Positions 24,134 through 36,741 of a stretch of 64,000 bases of DNA are shown piece after piece. Source of the stretch: Mustelus asterias (Eukaryota). The notes under the pieces are model-generated. The model ran no database searches and was not told where the DNA came from. It saw only the letters and a program-made list of their open reading frames with translations. The stretch is taken from positions 12,028,001-12,092,000 of the forward strand of contig NC_135825.1 in the NCBI RefSeq assembly GCF_964213995.1. The letters run 5' to 3'. Numbering within the stretch: the stretch's first letter is position 1; every line of letters begins with the position of its first letter. The position numbers and the translations under genes are program-made.

Positions 24134-27058
24134 CTAGACCAATCGTTTGTATCCCTCCATTCCCAGGCTGCTCATGTGACTATCCAGGTAAGTCTTAAAC
24201 GATGTCAGCGTGCCTGCCTCCACCACCCTACTTGGCAGCGCATTCCAGGCCCCCACCACCCTATGTGTAAAAAACGTCCCTCTGATGTCTGAGTTATACT
24301 TCGCCCCTCTCACGTTGAGCCCGTGACCCCTCGTGATCGTCACCTCCGACCTGGGAAAAAGCTTCCCACTGTTCACCCTATCTATACCCTTCATAATCTT
24401 GTATGCCTCTATTAGATCTCCCCTCATTCTCCGTCTTTCCAAGGAGAACAACCCCAGTCTACCCAATCTCTCCTCATAGCTAAGACCCTCCATACCAGGC
24501 AACATCCTGGTAAACCTTCTCTGCACTCTCTCCAATGCCTCCACGTCCTTCTGGTAGTGCGGCGACCAGAACTGGACGCAGTACTCCAAATGTGGCCTAA
24601 CCAGCGTTCTATACAGCTGCATCATCAGACTCCAGCTTTTATACACTATACCCCGTCCTATAAAGGCAAGCATACCATATGCCTTCTTCACCACCTTCTC
24701 CACCTGTGTTGCCACCTTCATGGATTTGTGGACTTGCACACCTAGGTCCCTCTGTGTTTCTATACTCCTGATGACTCTGCCATTTATTGTATAACTCCTC
24801 CCTACATTATTTCTTCCAAAATGCATCACTTCGCACTTATCCGGATTAAATTCCATCTGCCACCTCTCCGCCCAATTTTCCAGCCTATCTATATCCTGCT
24901 GTATTGCCCGACAATGCTCTTCGCTATCCGCAATTCCAGCCATCTTCGTGTCATCCGCAAACTTGCTGATTACACCAGTTACACCTTCTTCCAAATCATT
25001 TATATATATCACAAATAGCAGAGGTCCTAGTACAGAGCCCTGCGGAACACCACTGGTCACAGACCTCCAGCCGGAAAAAGACCCTTCGACCACTACCCTC
25101 TGTCTCCTATGGCCAAGCCAGTTCTCCACCCATCGAGCCACTTCTCCTTGTATCCCATGAGCCTTAACCTTCTTAACCAACCTGCCATGTGGGACTTTGT
25201 CAAATGCCTTACTGAAATCCATATAGACGACATCCACGGCCCTTCCTTCATCAACCGTTTTTGTCACTTTCTCAAAAAACTCCACCAAATTTGTAAGGCA
25301 CGACCTCCCTCTTACAAAACCATGCTGTCTGTCACTAATGAGATTGTTCCGTTCTAAATGCACATACATCCTGTCTCTAAGAATCCTCTCCAACAACTTC
25401 CCTACCACGGACGTCAAGCTCACCGGCCTATAATTTCCTGGGTTATCCCTGCTACCCTTCTTAAACAACGGGACCACATTCGCTATCCTCCAATCCTCAG
25501 GGACCTCACCCGTGTCCAAAGAAGCGACAAAGATTTCCGTCAGAGGCCCAGCAATTTCACCTCTCGTCTCCCTGAGCAGTCGAGGATAGATGCCATCAGG
25601 CCCTGGGGCTTTGTCAGTTTTAATGTTCCCTAAAAAACCTAACACTTCCTCTCTCGTAATGGAGATTTTCTCTAACGAGTCAACACCTCCCTCCGAGACA
25701 CTCCCGGTTAACACGCCCCTCTCCTTCGTGAATACCGATGCAAAGTATTCATTTAGGATCTCCCCTATTCCCTTGGGTTCTAAGCATAATTCCCCTCCTT
25801 TGTCCCTGAGAGGTCCGATTTTCTCCCTGACAACTCTTTTGTTCCTAATGTATGAATAGAATGCCTTAGGATTCTCCTTAATCCTGCCTGCCAAGAACAT
25901 CTCGTGCCCTCTTTTTGCCCTTCTAACTCCCCGTTTGAGATCTTTCCTACTCTCTCTGTATTCCTCCAGAGCTCCATCTGTTTTCAGTTGCCTGGACTTA
26001 ACGTACGCCTCCCTTTTCATTTTAATCAGATCCTCAATTTCCCTGGTTATCCACGGCTCTCGAATCCTACCTTTCCTATCTTTCCTTTTTACAGGCACAT
26101 GCCTATCCTGCAGCCTTTTCAATAGTTCCTTAAAAGACTCCCACATGCCAGACGCGGACTTACCCTCGAACATCCTCTCCCAATCAACATCCACCAATTC
26201 CTGCCTAATCTGGCTATAGTCAGCCTTCCCCCAATTTAGCACCCTGCCCGAAGGACAGCACTCATCCTTGTCCATTACTATCCTAAAGTTAACAGAGTTG
26301 TGGTCACTATTTGCCACATGTTCCCCTACCGAAACTTTGACGACCTGACCGGGCTCATTTCCCAGAACTAGGTCCAGTATAGCCCCCTCTCTAGTCGGGC
26401 TATCTACATACTGTTCCAAAGAACCTTCCAGTACGCATTTCACAAATTCCTCCCCGTCCGGTCCCCCAGCTCTAAGCACTTTCCAGTCTGTGCCAGGGAA
26501 ATTAAAGTCCCCCACTACAACAACCCTATTTTTTCTGCACCTATCCAGAATCTCCTGACATATCCTTTCCTCCACTTCCCGTGGGCTGTTGGGTGGTCTG
26601 TAGTACACCCCCAGCATAGTGACTGCACCCTTCCTGTTTCTGAGTTCCACCCACAGCGACTCAGTACATGACCCCTCTAAGTTGTCTACCCTCTGCACCG
26701 CGGTAATATGCTCCTTAACTAATATCGCTACTCCCCCACCTTTTTTAGCCCCTCCTCTGTCTCGCCTAAAACACTGATACCCCGGAATATTCAGCTGCCA
26801 GTCCTGTCCTTCTTTTAACCAAGTTTCCGTCACCGCAACCACATCCAAATTCCGCACAAGCATTAAGGCCCTAAGTTCGTCTGTTTTACCCGTTACGCTC
26901 CTCGCATTGAAGCAGATGCACTCCAGACCTCCAGGCCCAGTCAGGTCCTCCTCCTCCAGAGTGCTCCTCTTCTTAGCTAGCCTTGCCCTGGCCCCCAGCT
27001 CGACCCCAGCCTCAGTATTTACTGACCTCCTGTTCTGTTCCCCACCCCCCTGCCACAC
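24134..27058 (-). CDS. CR1 ORF2 (AP endonuclease plus reverse transcriptase), 974 aa
   Basis: Motifs VTETWL, GDFN, SDHN, NYRPVSL, DFSKAFD, GVPQGSVLGP, FADD; uninterrupted frame. Confidence 0.92.
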   Translation of the reverse strand: MWQGGGEQNRRSVNTEAGVELGARARLAKKRSTLEEEDLTGPGGLECICFNARSVTGKTDELRALMLVRNLDVVAVTETWLKEGQDWQLNIPGYQCFRRDRGGAKKGGGVAILVKEHITAVQRVDNLEGSCTESLWVELRNRKGAVTMLGVYYRPPNSPREVEERICQEILDRCRKNRVVVVGDFNFPGTDWKVLRAGGPDGEEFVKCVLEGSLEQYVDSPTREGAILDLVLGNEPGQVVKVSVGEHVANSDHNSVNFRIVMDKDECCPSGRVLNWGKADYSQIRQELVDVDWERMFEGKSASGMWESFKELLKRLQDRHVPVKRKDRKGRIREPWITREIEDLIKMKREAYVKSRQLKTDGALEEYRESRKDLKRGVRRAKRGHEMFLAGRIKENPKAFYSYIRNKRVVREKIGPLRDKGGELCLEPKGIGEILNEYFASVFTKERGVLTGSVSEGGVDSLEKISITREEVLGFLGNIKTDKAPGPDGIYPRLLRETRGEIAGPLTEIFVASLDTGEVPEDWRIANVVPLFKKGSRDNPGNYRPVSLTSVVGKLLERILRDRMYVHLERNNLISDRQHGFVRGRSCLTNLVEFFEKVTKTVDEGRAVDVVYMDFSKAFDKVPHGRLVKKVKAHGIQGEVARWVENWLGHRRQRVVVEGSFSGWRSVTSGVPQGSVLGPLLFVIYINDLEEGVTGVISKFADDTKMAGIADSEEHCRAIQQDIDRLENWAERWQMEFNPDKCEVMHFGRNNVGRSYTINGRVIRSIETQRDLGVQVHKSMKVATQVEKVVKKAYGMLAFIGRGIVYKSWSLMMQLYRTLVRPHLEYCVQFWSPHYQKDVEALERVQRRFTRMLPGMEGLSYEERLGRLGLFSLERRRMRGDLIEAYKIMKGIDRVNSGKLFPRSEVTITRGHGLNVRGAKYNSDIRGTFFTHRVVGAWNALPSRVVEAGTLTSFKTYLDSHMSSLGMEGYKRLV

Positions 27059-27400
27059 TAGTTTAAATCCTGCCGAAACACTCTCGCAAAACTCCCAGCC
27101 AGGATATTTGCTCCCTTCCAGTTAAGGTGTAACCCATCCTTTCTGTACAGTTGCCATCCTGACTTGAAGATTTCCCAGTTATCTATGAATTTAAAACCCT
27201 CCCTCTTGCACCAGTCCTTTAGCCACGCGTTCAACTGTAGAATCTCCCTGTTCCGAGCCTCACTTGCACTAGGCACCGGGAGCAGTCCAGAGATTGCGAC
27301 ACTGGAGGTCTTACTTTTTAGCCTAGCACCCAACTCCCTGAATTTCTCTCGTATGACCCCCCTGCTCTTCCTACCTACATCATTTCCCCCAATGTGTACA
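27058..27400 (-). pseudogene. CR1 ORF1 C-terminal fragment (SGNH esterase-like)
   Basis: ISGLLPVP...NAWL..WC..EGF.F...W.....LYRKDGLHLN. Confidence 0.75.
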
Positions 27401-28577
27401 ATCAGGCTTACTTATAACCCTCAATCCTATTAAGTCCCATGTACTCATCCAGAAGTCTCTTAAAAGACCCTATCGAGATTGCCTCCACCACCACTGACGG
27501 TAGTCGATTCCACTCACCCATCACCCTCTGAGTGAAAAACTTACCCCTGACATCTCCTCTGTACCTACTCCCCAGCACCTTAAACCTGTGTCCTCTCGTA
27601 GCAGCCATTTCAGCCCGGGGAAAGAGCCTCCGAGAATCCACCTGATCTATACCTCTCAACATCTTGTACACCTCTATCAGGTCACCTCTCATCCTTCGTC
27701 TCTCCAAGGAGAAAAGACCGAGCTCCCTCAACCTATCCTCCTAAGGCATGCCAACCAATCCAGGCAACATCCTTGTAAATCTTTTCTGCACCCTTTCAAT
27801 CATTTCCACATCCCTCCTGTAATGAGGCGACCAGAACTGAGCACAGTACCCCAAGTGGGGTCTGACGAGGGTCTTATAAAACTGCATCATTATCGCCTGA
27901 CTCCTAAACTCAATCCCTCACTTGATGAAGGCCAGCACACCATACGCCTTCTTAACCACCTCCTCTACCTGCGATGCCGATTTAAGAGTCCTATGGACCC
28001 AGACTCCAAGGTCCTTCTGATCCTCTACACTGCTAAGAGTCTTACCCTTTATATTATACTCCTTCATCCCATTTGACCTGCCAAAATGGACCACTACGCA
28101 TTTATCCAGGTTGAAGTCCATCTCCCACTTCTCCGCCCAGTCTTGCATCCTATCTATGTCACGTTGCAGCTTCTGACATCCCTCCAACCTATCCACAACA
28201 CCACCAACCTTCGTGTCGTCGGCAAACTTACCAACCCATCCCTCCACTTCCTCATCCAGGTCATTTATGAAAATGACAAACAGCAAGGGTCCCAGAACAG
28301 ATCCCTGGGGCACTCCACTGGTGACCGACCTCCATTCAGAAAAAGACCCATCTACAACCACTCTCTGCCTTCTGCAGGCAAGTCAGTTCTGGATCCACAA
28401 GGCAACAGCATCTTGGATCCCATGCCCTCTCACTTTCTCGAGAAGTCTTGCATGGGGGACCTTATCGAACGCGTTGCTGAAGTCCATGTAAACCACATCT
28501 ACCGCTTTTCCTTCGTCAATGTGTTTAGTCACATTTTCAAAGAACTCCAACAGGCTCGTCAGGCACGATTTGCCCTT

Positions 28578-29594
28578 GGCTGGAGGTCTGTGACCAGTGG
28601 TATTCCGCAGGGTTCTGTACTGGGGCCTCTGCTATTTGTGATATATATAAATGATTTGGAAGAAGGTGTAACTGGTGTAATCAGCAAGTTTGCGGATGAC
28701 ACGAAGATGGCTGGACTTGCGGATAGCGAAGAGCATTGTCGGGCAATACAGCAGAATAGAGATAGGCTGGAAAATTGGGCGGAGAGGTGGCAGATGGAGT
28801 TTAATCCGGATAAATGAGAAGTGATGCATTTTGGAAGAAATAATGTAGGGAGGAGTTATACAATAAATGGCAGAGTCATCAGGAGTATAGAAACACAGAG
28901 GGACCTAGGTGTGCAATTCCACAAATCCATGAAGGTGGCAACACAGGTGGAGACGGTGGTGAAGAAGGCATATGGTATGCTTGCCTTTATAGGAGGGGGT
29001 ATAGAGTATAAAAGCTGGAGTCTGATGATGCAGCTGTATAGAACGCTGGTTAGGCCACATTTGGAGTACTGCGTCCAGTTCTGGTCGCCGCATTACCAGA
29101 AGGATGTGGAGGCGTTAGAGAGAGTGCAGAGAAGGTTTACCAGGATGTTGCCTGGTATGGAGGGTCTTAGCTATGAGGAAAGATTGGGTAAACTGGGGTT
29201 GTTCTCCCTGGAAAGACGGAGAATGAGGGGAGATCTAATAGAGGTGTACAAGATTATGAAGGGGATAGATAGCGTGAACAGTGGGAAGTTTTTTCCCAGG
29301 TCGGAGGTGACGATCACGAGGGGTCACGGGCTCAAGGTGAGAGGGGCGAAGTATAACTCAGATATCAGAGGGATGTTTTTTACACAGAGGGTGGTGGGGG
29401 CCTGGAATGCGCTGCCATGTAGGGTGGTGGAGGCAGGCACGCTGACATCGTTTAAGACTTACCTGGAAAATCACATGAGCAGCCTGGGAATGGAGGGATA
29501 CAAACGATTGGTCCAGTTGGACCAAGGAGCGGCACAGGCTTGGAGGGCCGAAGGGCCTGTTTCCTGTGCTGTACTGTTCTTTGTTCTTTGTTCT
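28578..29594 (+). mobile_element. CR1 family B, 5'-truncated, opposite orientation, nested in CR1-A
   Basis: RT C-terminus nearly identical to the reverse complement of 24053-25075; (TTCTTTG)n tail; one stop at ~28815. Confidence 0.88.
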
Positions 29595-30998
29595 GTGCTG
29601 ACTACTTTTGAGCATACTAAACTTCTCTAAATGTTCATAAATCCTGTCCCTCAGGATCTTTTCCATCAACTTACCAACCACTGAGGCTAGACTCACCGGT
29701 CGGTAATTTCCTGGGCTATCCCTATTCCCTTTCTTGAATATAGGAACCACGTCTGCAATCCTCCAATCCTCCAGAACCTCTCCCGTCTCTATCGACGACG
29801 CAAAGATCATCGCCAGAGGCTCTGCAATCTCTTCCTTCACCTCCCACAGTAACCTGGGGTACATCCCATCCGGTCCCGGCGACTTATCTATCTTGGTGCT
29901 ATTCAAAATTTCCAATACATCCTCTTTATTAATGTACTCAATCTTTTCAGTCCGCCTCAATCCTGTCGTACAACCACCCAGGTCTTTTTCTACCGTGAAT
30001 ACCGAGGTAAAATATTCATTAAGCACCTCTGATATTTCTTCCGGTTCTGTACAGACTTTGTCACCTTCACATTTTATAGGTCCTATTCCTACACATCTCA
30101 TCCTTTTACTCTTCACATATTTATAGAACGCCTTAGGGTTCTCCTTAATCTGATCTGCCAAGGTCTTCTCGTGACCCCTTCTGGCTCTCCTAAATTCTTT
30201 CTTAAGTCCCTTCCTACAAGCCGTATCCTCATCTAGATCGCTATCATTGCCTAGCTCTCTGAACCTTTTGTACGCTTTCCTTTTCTTTTTGACTAGGTTC
30301 AGTGCAGCTTTCGTGCACCACGGTTCCCGTAACCTACAAACACCTCCCTGTCTCATCGGAACGTTGTCATGCAGTACTCCAGACAAACATTCCTTGAAAA
30401 TCTGCCACCTTACTTCAGTACATTTCCTCGAGAGTGCCTCCTTCCAATTTACGCCTCTAATCTCCTGCCTGACGGCTTCATATTTCCCTTTTCACTCTGG
30501 TCACTGCTGGAACTGATTCAGAGCCATTGTTGTGATGTAGGAAGCTCAGCACCAATTTGTGAGCAATAAGCTCCCTCAAAGAGCAATGTGATCATGAGCA
30601 GACAATCTGCTGGTTGACAATTGCTGTTTGAGAATATAATAACTCCAGGAGCCGGATGTGAAGGAACCGTGCTTTTATTGTACTAAATGAAAATATACAA
30701 TAACCACACGCCTGTGGTAAATACAACAGGTCCCAACGTGGACTAAAAGATTAATGGACCCTCTCAAGGTCTTGCTTCATAAAGGGCTTGGGATACAATC
30801 TCAATATGGTTGTCTAATTATCAATCCGCGGGGAGCACATATTCAATGTCCCCAACGATCTCAACAAGGAAGTATCCAATTGCATTAGAAGATGTATTGG
30901 AGAGATTTCTCTGAACACAGCGGTAATTCCTATTGAAATATATGTGTTTGTATGAAGCAATTATTTTCAGTTCAATTTTTGACCTGTTGTCTTTTCAG

Positions 30999-31307
30999 CT
31001 CCAAGTGCATTGTGGGCAAAAAATAATGTAATAGGAGTTTTGGGAAGATCGATCACTATAGATTGTCAGTATGACAAATTGTCCCAGTCACATGTGAAAT
31101 CTTGGAGTCGTCAGTGCTCTGTTTTGGTAAAATCAGACGATCCAGATGGACGGCGAGGGAGAATGTCGATCACAGATAACAAGACACAAGGATTATTTGT
31201 TGTTACGATGGAGAATCTTCACTCAGGAGATGCAGGATGGTACAGCTGTGGTATTGATAAGCCCGGCTTCCTTTCAATGTTTCCTGTAAAGCTCCAAATA
31301 TCTGACG
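30999..31307 (+). CDS. Ig V exon V6
   Basis: Open frame, intact splice sites. Confidence 0.85.
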
Positions 31308-32595
31308 GTACATTGTTCTCAGTGATTATCTTTATTACTCTTGACTGAAATGTCTGATCGGTGCTTTATCTGGGAGGAGGCATTGACAGCTCCGATATCC
31401 CGAGGCTCCGCAGCAGTGCAGAGTCTGGCAGCGAGAGGGCAGTTCGCACAATGATTATGCTGGAGGAATTGTAATTCAGAGGCCCAGAGTAATGATCCAG
31501 AGAGATGGGGTCAGATTTATTGCACCTTGGAACGCGCTCTCCTGGTTAACAAGTTGGCAGGAACCACACCCATGCTCCCGATGGTTGGACAATAGATCTT
31601 GACCACTTCCCGGATACTCACCAGATATTCATCAACAGCTCACTTCTTCCCCTGCAATAAAATCCTTCAGCTCATTAAACCTCCACACTCGGTTGAAGGC
31701 AGACTCCAGTGCTGGTTGCACTGAGAATGACTGAACTTATATGTTCAAAAACAAAGGGACTCAGTACAAAAAGGCCAGTTCAAGCCAGTTTCCCCAATTA
31801 ACTATTCCAGTTGCTGCCAGTGGATAGCTTCTATCTCCCAGCTCATGCCCTTTGGATGATACTTATGTCGGAATTTTACTGCCTCGCCCGCCATGGTATC
31901 GGAGCGGGTGTGGGACAGACAACGGAAATGTCTGTTGACATTGGGCAAGATTTTCCACTCTCGCTCATTCGAGACCATAAATCCCCGCCCTCGACTTTAA
32001 ACAGTTCTCACACTTAAATGTTAAATGGTACTTACTGTTAAATGAAAAATACAAATCCAAATAATGGCCGAATTTCACCGAACCTGTCCGCAGCTGGAAT
32101 TATCCAGTCCCGCTGCTGTGAACTGAGTTTTGCTGAGCGCCAATTTCCCTATTCCAACTGGCAGCAGGGGCGGATCACTCGATATCAGAGAATTCAGGTC
32201 AAGATTAGATTTTTAGATAGATATTTTCAGTCTCCGTTATCTCAGCAAACATCCACAGTCTATCTCAGGTCACACTCCAATGCTTGTTGCTATCTAACCT
32301 GCTATCATGAATATCTGCTGTCCGCGACAGCAGTCAATAGATACAACCTGCATTCGGCCAAGCTCCCACTGCCATCTCTCTCTCTCTCTCTAACAATTTC
32401 CCTTCCTCCTCACACACTGGATGAGGTGTAGAAATATTGGTAATATGAAACTATTTAATTTTTTGGTCATTCTCAAGTTTAAAGTTTCAAAGTTTAAAGT
32501 TAAAGCTTTTTAAAATTTGTGTCACAAGTAGGCTTTCATTAACACTGCAATGAAGTTACTGTGAAAATCCGTTCATGATTGTCTTTTTCCCACAG

Positions 32596-32919
32596 AACCC
32601 GTGTCTGTTCCTGAACTTAAATTTCTATCACTGCCAAATGCCTCATGTTCTGGGGGCTCAGTGTCCCTCACCTGTGAGTCTGTCCAGGGATCACTTCCCA
32701 TTCAGTACACATGGTATGAAAAGACCCCGTCTGAAGATTCAAAGATCTCTGGCACCAATAAACTGGATCTACATTGTCAATCATTCAGACAGCAACATCA
32801 TCAATATTACTGCACAGCCTCAAATAAACAGGGAGAAAAATCCAGTGAAATGGTTACAGGGTCAGTGATCCACATTTCAGAGAATGATTGCAGTTATGTG
32901 ACTCAAATCAGCAACATTG
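32596..32919 (+). CDS. Ig C2/I-type exon C7
   Basis: Open frame, intact splice sites. Confidence 0.85.
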
Positions 32920-33588
32920 GTAAATATCACCTTAAGTTTCAAAAGATTCAACTCATTTCTAAATTAATGTCTGTCTGAATTGCTCACAGGTTTAGTTCTA
33001 TTGGTCGTTCAAAGCAATTTTAATAAAAATAGAATTGCTTTCGTTTTTCACATTTCACAACTTCAGGACAGTTTTACAGTCCGTTCTGGTCAATGCTGGA
33101 ACTGATTCAGAGCCATTGTTGTGATGTAGGAAGCTCAGCACCAATTTGTGAGCAATAAGCTCCCTCTAAGAGCAATGTGATGATGATCATACAATCTGCA
33201 GTCTGACAATTGCTGTTTGAGAATAAAATAACTCCAGGAGCCGGCTGTGAAGGAACCGTGCTTCTATTGTACAAAATCAAAATAAACAAGAACAACACGC
33301 CTGTGGTGAACACAACAGGTCCCAACCAGGACTAAAAGATTAATGGAACCGCTCAAGGTCTTGCTTTATAAAGGGTTTGGTATACAATCTCAATATGGTT
33401 GTCTAATTATCAATCCGCAGGAAGCACATATTGAATGACCCCAACGATCTCAAACAAGAAAGTATCCAATTGCATTGGAAGGTGTATTGGAGAGATTTCT
33501 CTGAACATAGCGGTAATTCCTATTGAAATATATCTGTTTGTATTGAGCAATTATTTTCAGTTTAATTTTTGACCTGTTGTCTTTTCAG

Positions 33589-33897
33589 CTCCAAGTGCCT
33601 TGTGGGCAAAAAATAAAGTAACAGGAGTTTTGGGAAGATCGATCACTATAGATTGTTACTATGACAAATTGTCCCAGTCACATGTGAAATATTGGAGTCG
33701 TCAGTGCTCTGTTTTAGTAAAATCAGACGATCCAGATGGACGGCGAGGGAGAATGTCGATCACAGATAACAAGACACAAAGATCATTTGTTGTTACGATT
33801 GAGGATCTTCGCTCAGGAGATGCAGGATGGTACAGCTGTGGTATTGATAAGCTCGGCTTCCTTTCAATATTTCCTGTAAAGCTCCAAATATCTGACG
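33589..33897 (+). CDS. Ig V exon V7
   Basis: Open frame, intact splice sites. Confidence 0.85.
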
Positions 33898-35176
33898 GTA
33901 CATTGTTCTCAGTGATTATCTTTATTACTCTCGACTGAAATGTCTGATCGGTGCTTTATCTGGGAGGAGACATTGCCAGCTCCGATATCCCGAGGCTCCG
34001 CAGCAGTGCAGAGTCTGGCAGCTAGAGGGCAGTTAGAACAATGATTATGTTGGAGGAATTGTAATTCAGAGGCCCAGAGTAATGATCCAGAGAGATGGGG
34101 TCAGATTTATTGCACCTTGGAACACATTCTCATGGTCAACAAGATGGCAGGAACCACACCCATGCTCCCGATGCCTGGACAATAGACCGTGACCACTTCC
34201 CGGATTCCCACCAGACACTCACCAACAGCTCACTTCTTCCGCTGCAGTATATCCCTTCAGCTCATTAAACCTCCAGACTCGGCCGGAGTCAGACTGCAGT
34301 GCTGGTTGCACTGAGAATGTCTGAATTTATATGTTCAAAAACAAAGGGTCTCAGTACAAAAAGACCAGTTCAAGCCAGTTTCCCCAATTAACTATTCCAG
34401 TTGCTGCCAGTGGATAGCTTCTATCTCCCAGCTCATGCCCTTTGGATGGTACTTACGTCAGAATTTTACTGCCTCGCCCGCCATGGTATCGGAGCGGGTG
34501 TGGGGCAGACAACGGAAATGTCTGCTGACATTGGGCAAGATTTTCCAGTCTCGCTCATTCGAGGCCATAAATCCCCGCCCTCGACTTTAAACAGTGCTCA
34601 CACTTAAATGTTAAATGGTACTGATTGTTAAATGAAAAATACAAATAATGGCTGAATTTCACCGAACCTGTCCGCAGCTGGAATTATCCAGTCCCGCTGC
34701 TGTGAACTGAGTTTTGCTGAGCGCCAATTTCCCTATTCCAACTGGCAGCAGGGTGGATCACTCGATATCAGAGATTTCAGGTCAAGATTAGATTTTTAGA
34801 TAGATATTTTCAGTCTCCATTATCTCAGCAAACATCCACAATCTATCTCAGATCACACTCCAATGCTTGTTGCTATCTAATCTGCTATCATGAACATCTG
34901 CTGTCCGTGACAGCAATCAATAGATACTACCTGCATTCGGCCAAGCTCCCACTGCCATCTCTCTCTCTCTCTAACAATTTCCCTTCCTCCTCACACACTG
35001 GATGAGGTGTAGAAATATTGGTAATATGAAACTATTTAATTTTTTGGTCATTCTCAAGTTTAAAGTTTCAAAGTTTAAAGTTAAAGCTTTTTAAAATTTG
35101 TGTCACAAGTAGGCTTAAATTAACACTGCAATGAAGTTACTGTGAAAATCCATTCATGATTGTCTTTTTCCCACAG

Positions 35177-35500
35177 AACCCGTTTCTGTTCCTGAACTTA
35201 AATTTCTCTCACCACCAAATGCCTCATGTTCTGGGGGCTCAGTGTCTGTCTCCTGTGAGTCTGTCCAGGGATCACTTCCCATTCAGTACACATGGTATGA
35301 AAAGACCCCGTCTGAAGATTCAAAGATCTCTGGCACCAATAAACTGGATCTACATTGTCAATCCTTCAAACAGCAACATCATCAATATTACTGCACAGCC
35401 TCAAATAACCAGGGAGAAAAATCCAGTGAAATGGTTACAGTGTCAGTGATCCACATTTCAGAGAATGATTGCAGTTACTTAACACAAATCAGCAACATTG
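35177..35500 (+). CDS. Ig C2/I-type exon C8
   Basis: Open frame, intact splice sites. Confidence 0.85.
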
Positions 35501-36167
35501 GTAAATATCATTTTAAGCTTCAAAAAATACAACTAATTTTTAAATGAATGTCTGGTTGAGTGCTCACAGGTTTAGTTATATTGGTCGTTCAAAGCAATTT
35601 TAATAAAAGTAGAATTGCATTTAATTTTCACATTTCACAACTTCAGGACAGTTTTAAAGTCAGTTCTGGTCAATGCTGGAACTGATTCAGAGCCATTGTT
35701 GTGATGTAGGAAGCTCAGCACCAATTTGTGAGCAAGAAGCTCCCTCTAACAGCAACGTGATCATGAGCAGACAATCTGCTGTTTGACAATTGCTGTTTGA
35801 GAATATAATAACTCCAGGAGCCGGCTGTGAAGGAACCGTGCTTCTATTGTACAAAATGAAATAAAGATTTCCCACACACCTGTGGTGAACACAACAGGTC
35901 CCAACCAGGACTAAAAGATTAATGGATCCACTCAGGGTCTTGCTTTATAAAGGGCTTGGGATACAATCTCAATCTGGTTGTCTAATTATCAATCCGCAGG
36001 AAGCACATATTGAATGTGCCCAACGATATCAAACAAGAAAGTATCCAATTGCATTAGAAGATGTATTGGAGAGATTCCTCTGGACACAGTGGTAATTCCT
36101 ATTGAAACATATATGTTTGTATGAAGCAATTATTTTCAGTTCAATTTTTGATCTGTTGTCTTTTCAG

Positions 36168-36476
36168 CTCCAAGTGCCTTGTGGGCAAAAAATGATGTAA
36201 CAGGAGTTTTGGGAAGGTCGATCACTATAGATTGTCACTATGACAAATTGTCCCAGTCACATGTGAAATCTTGGAGTCGTCAGTGCTCTGTTTTGGTAAA
36301 ATCAGATGATCCAGATGGACGGCGAGGGAGAATGTCGATCACAGATAACAAGACACAAAGGTCATTTGTTGTTACGATTGCGGATCTTCGTTCAGGAGAT
36401 GCAGGATGGTACAGCTGTGGTATTCATAAGCACGACGTCCTTTCAATATTTCCTGTAAAGCTACAAATATCTGACG
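36168..36476 (+). CDS. Ig V exon V8
   Basis: Open frame, intact splice sites; divergent FG loop IHKHDVL. Confidence 0.85.
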
Positions 36477-36741
36477 GTACATTGTTCTCAGTGATTATCT
36501 TTATTACTCTCAACTGAAATGTCTGATCGGTGCTTTATCTGGGAGGAGACATTGACAGCTCCGTTATCCCGCGGCTTCGCAGCAGTGCAGAGTCTGGCAG
36601 CGAGAGGGCAGTTAGAACAATGATTATGTTGGAGGAATTGTAATTCAGAGGCCCAGAGTAATGATCCAGAGAGATGGAGTCAGATTTATTGCACCTTGGA
36701 CCCTGCTCTCCTGGCTAACAAGTTGGCAGGAACCACATCCA

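Larger units (their letters stand above)
24053..27403 (-). mobile_element. CR1 LINE family B, young copy nested in CR1-A
   Basis: (ACAAAGA)n tail, intact ORF2, 3' part of an esterase-type ORF1; near-TSD AAGCTTA/AGGCTTA. Confidence 0.9.
23963..30495 (-). mobile_element. CR1 LINE family A (5'-truncated), split by two nested family-B insertions
   Basis: (CATAGAA)n tail at 23963; RT fragments at 27408-28577 and 29595-30490; host intron resumes at 30496. Confidence 0.85.

Noticed and set aside
28086-30386. 243-aa and 342-aa ORFs as novel genes
   Set aside because: Chimeric read-throughs across the junctions of nested CR1 copies
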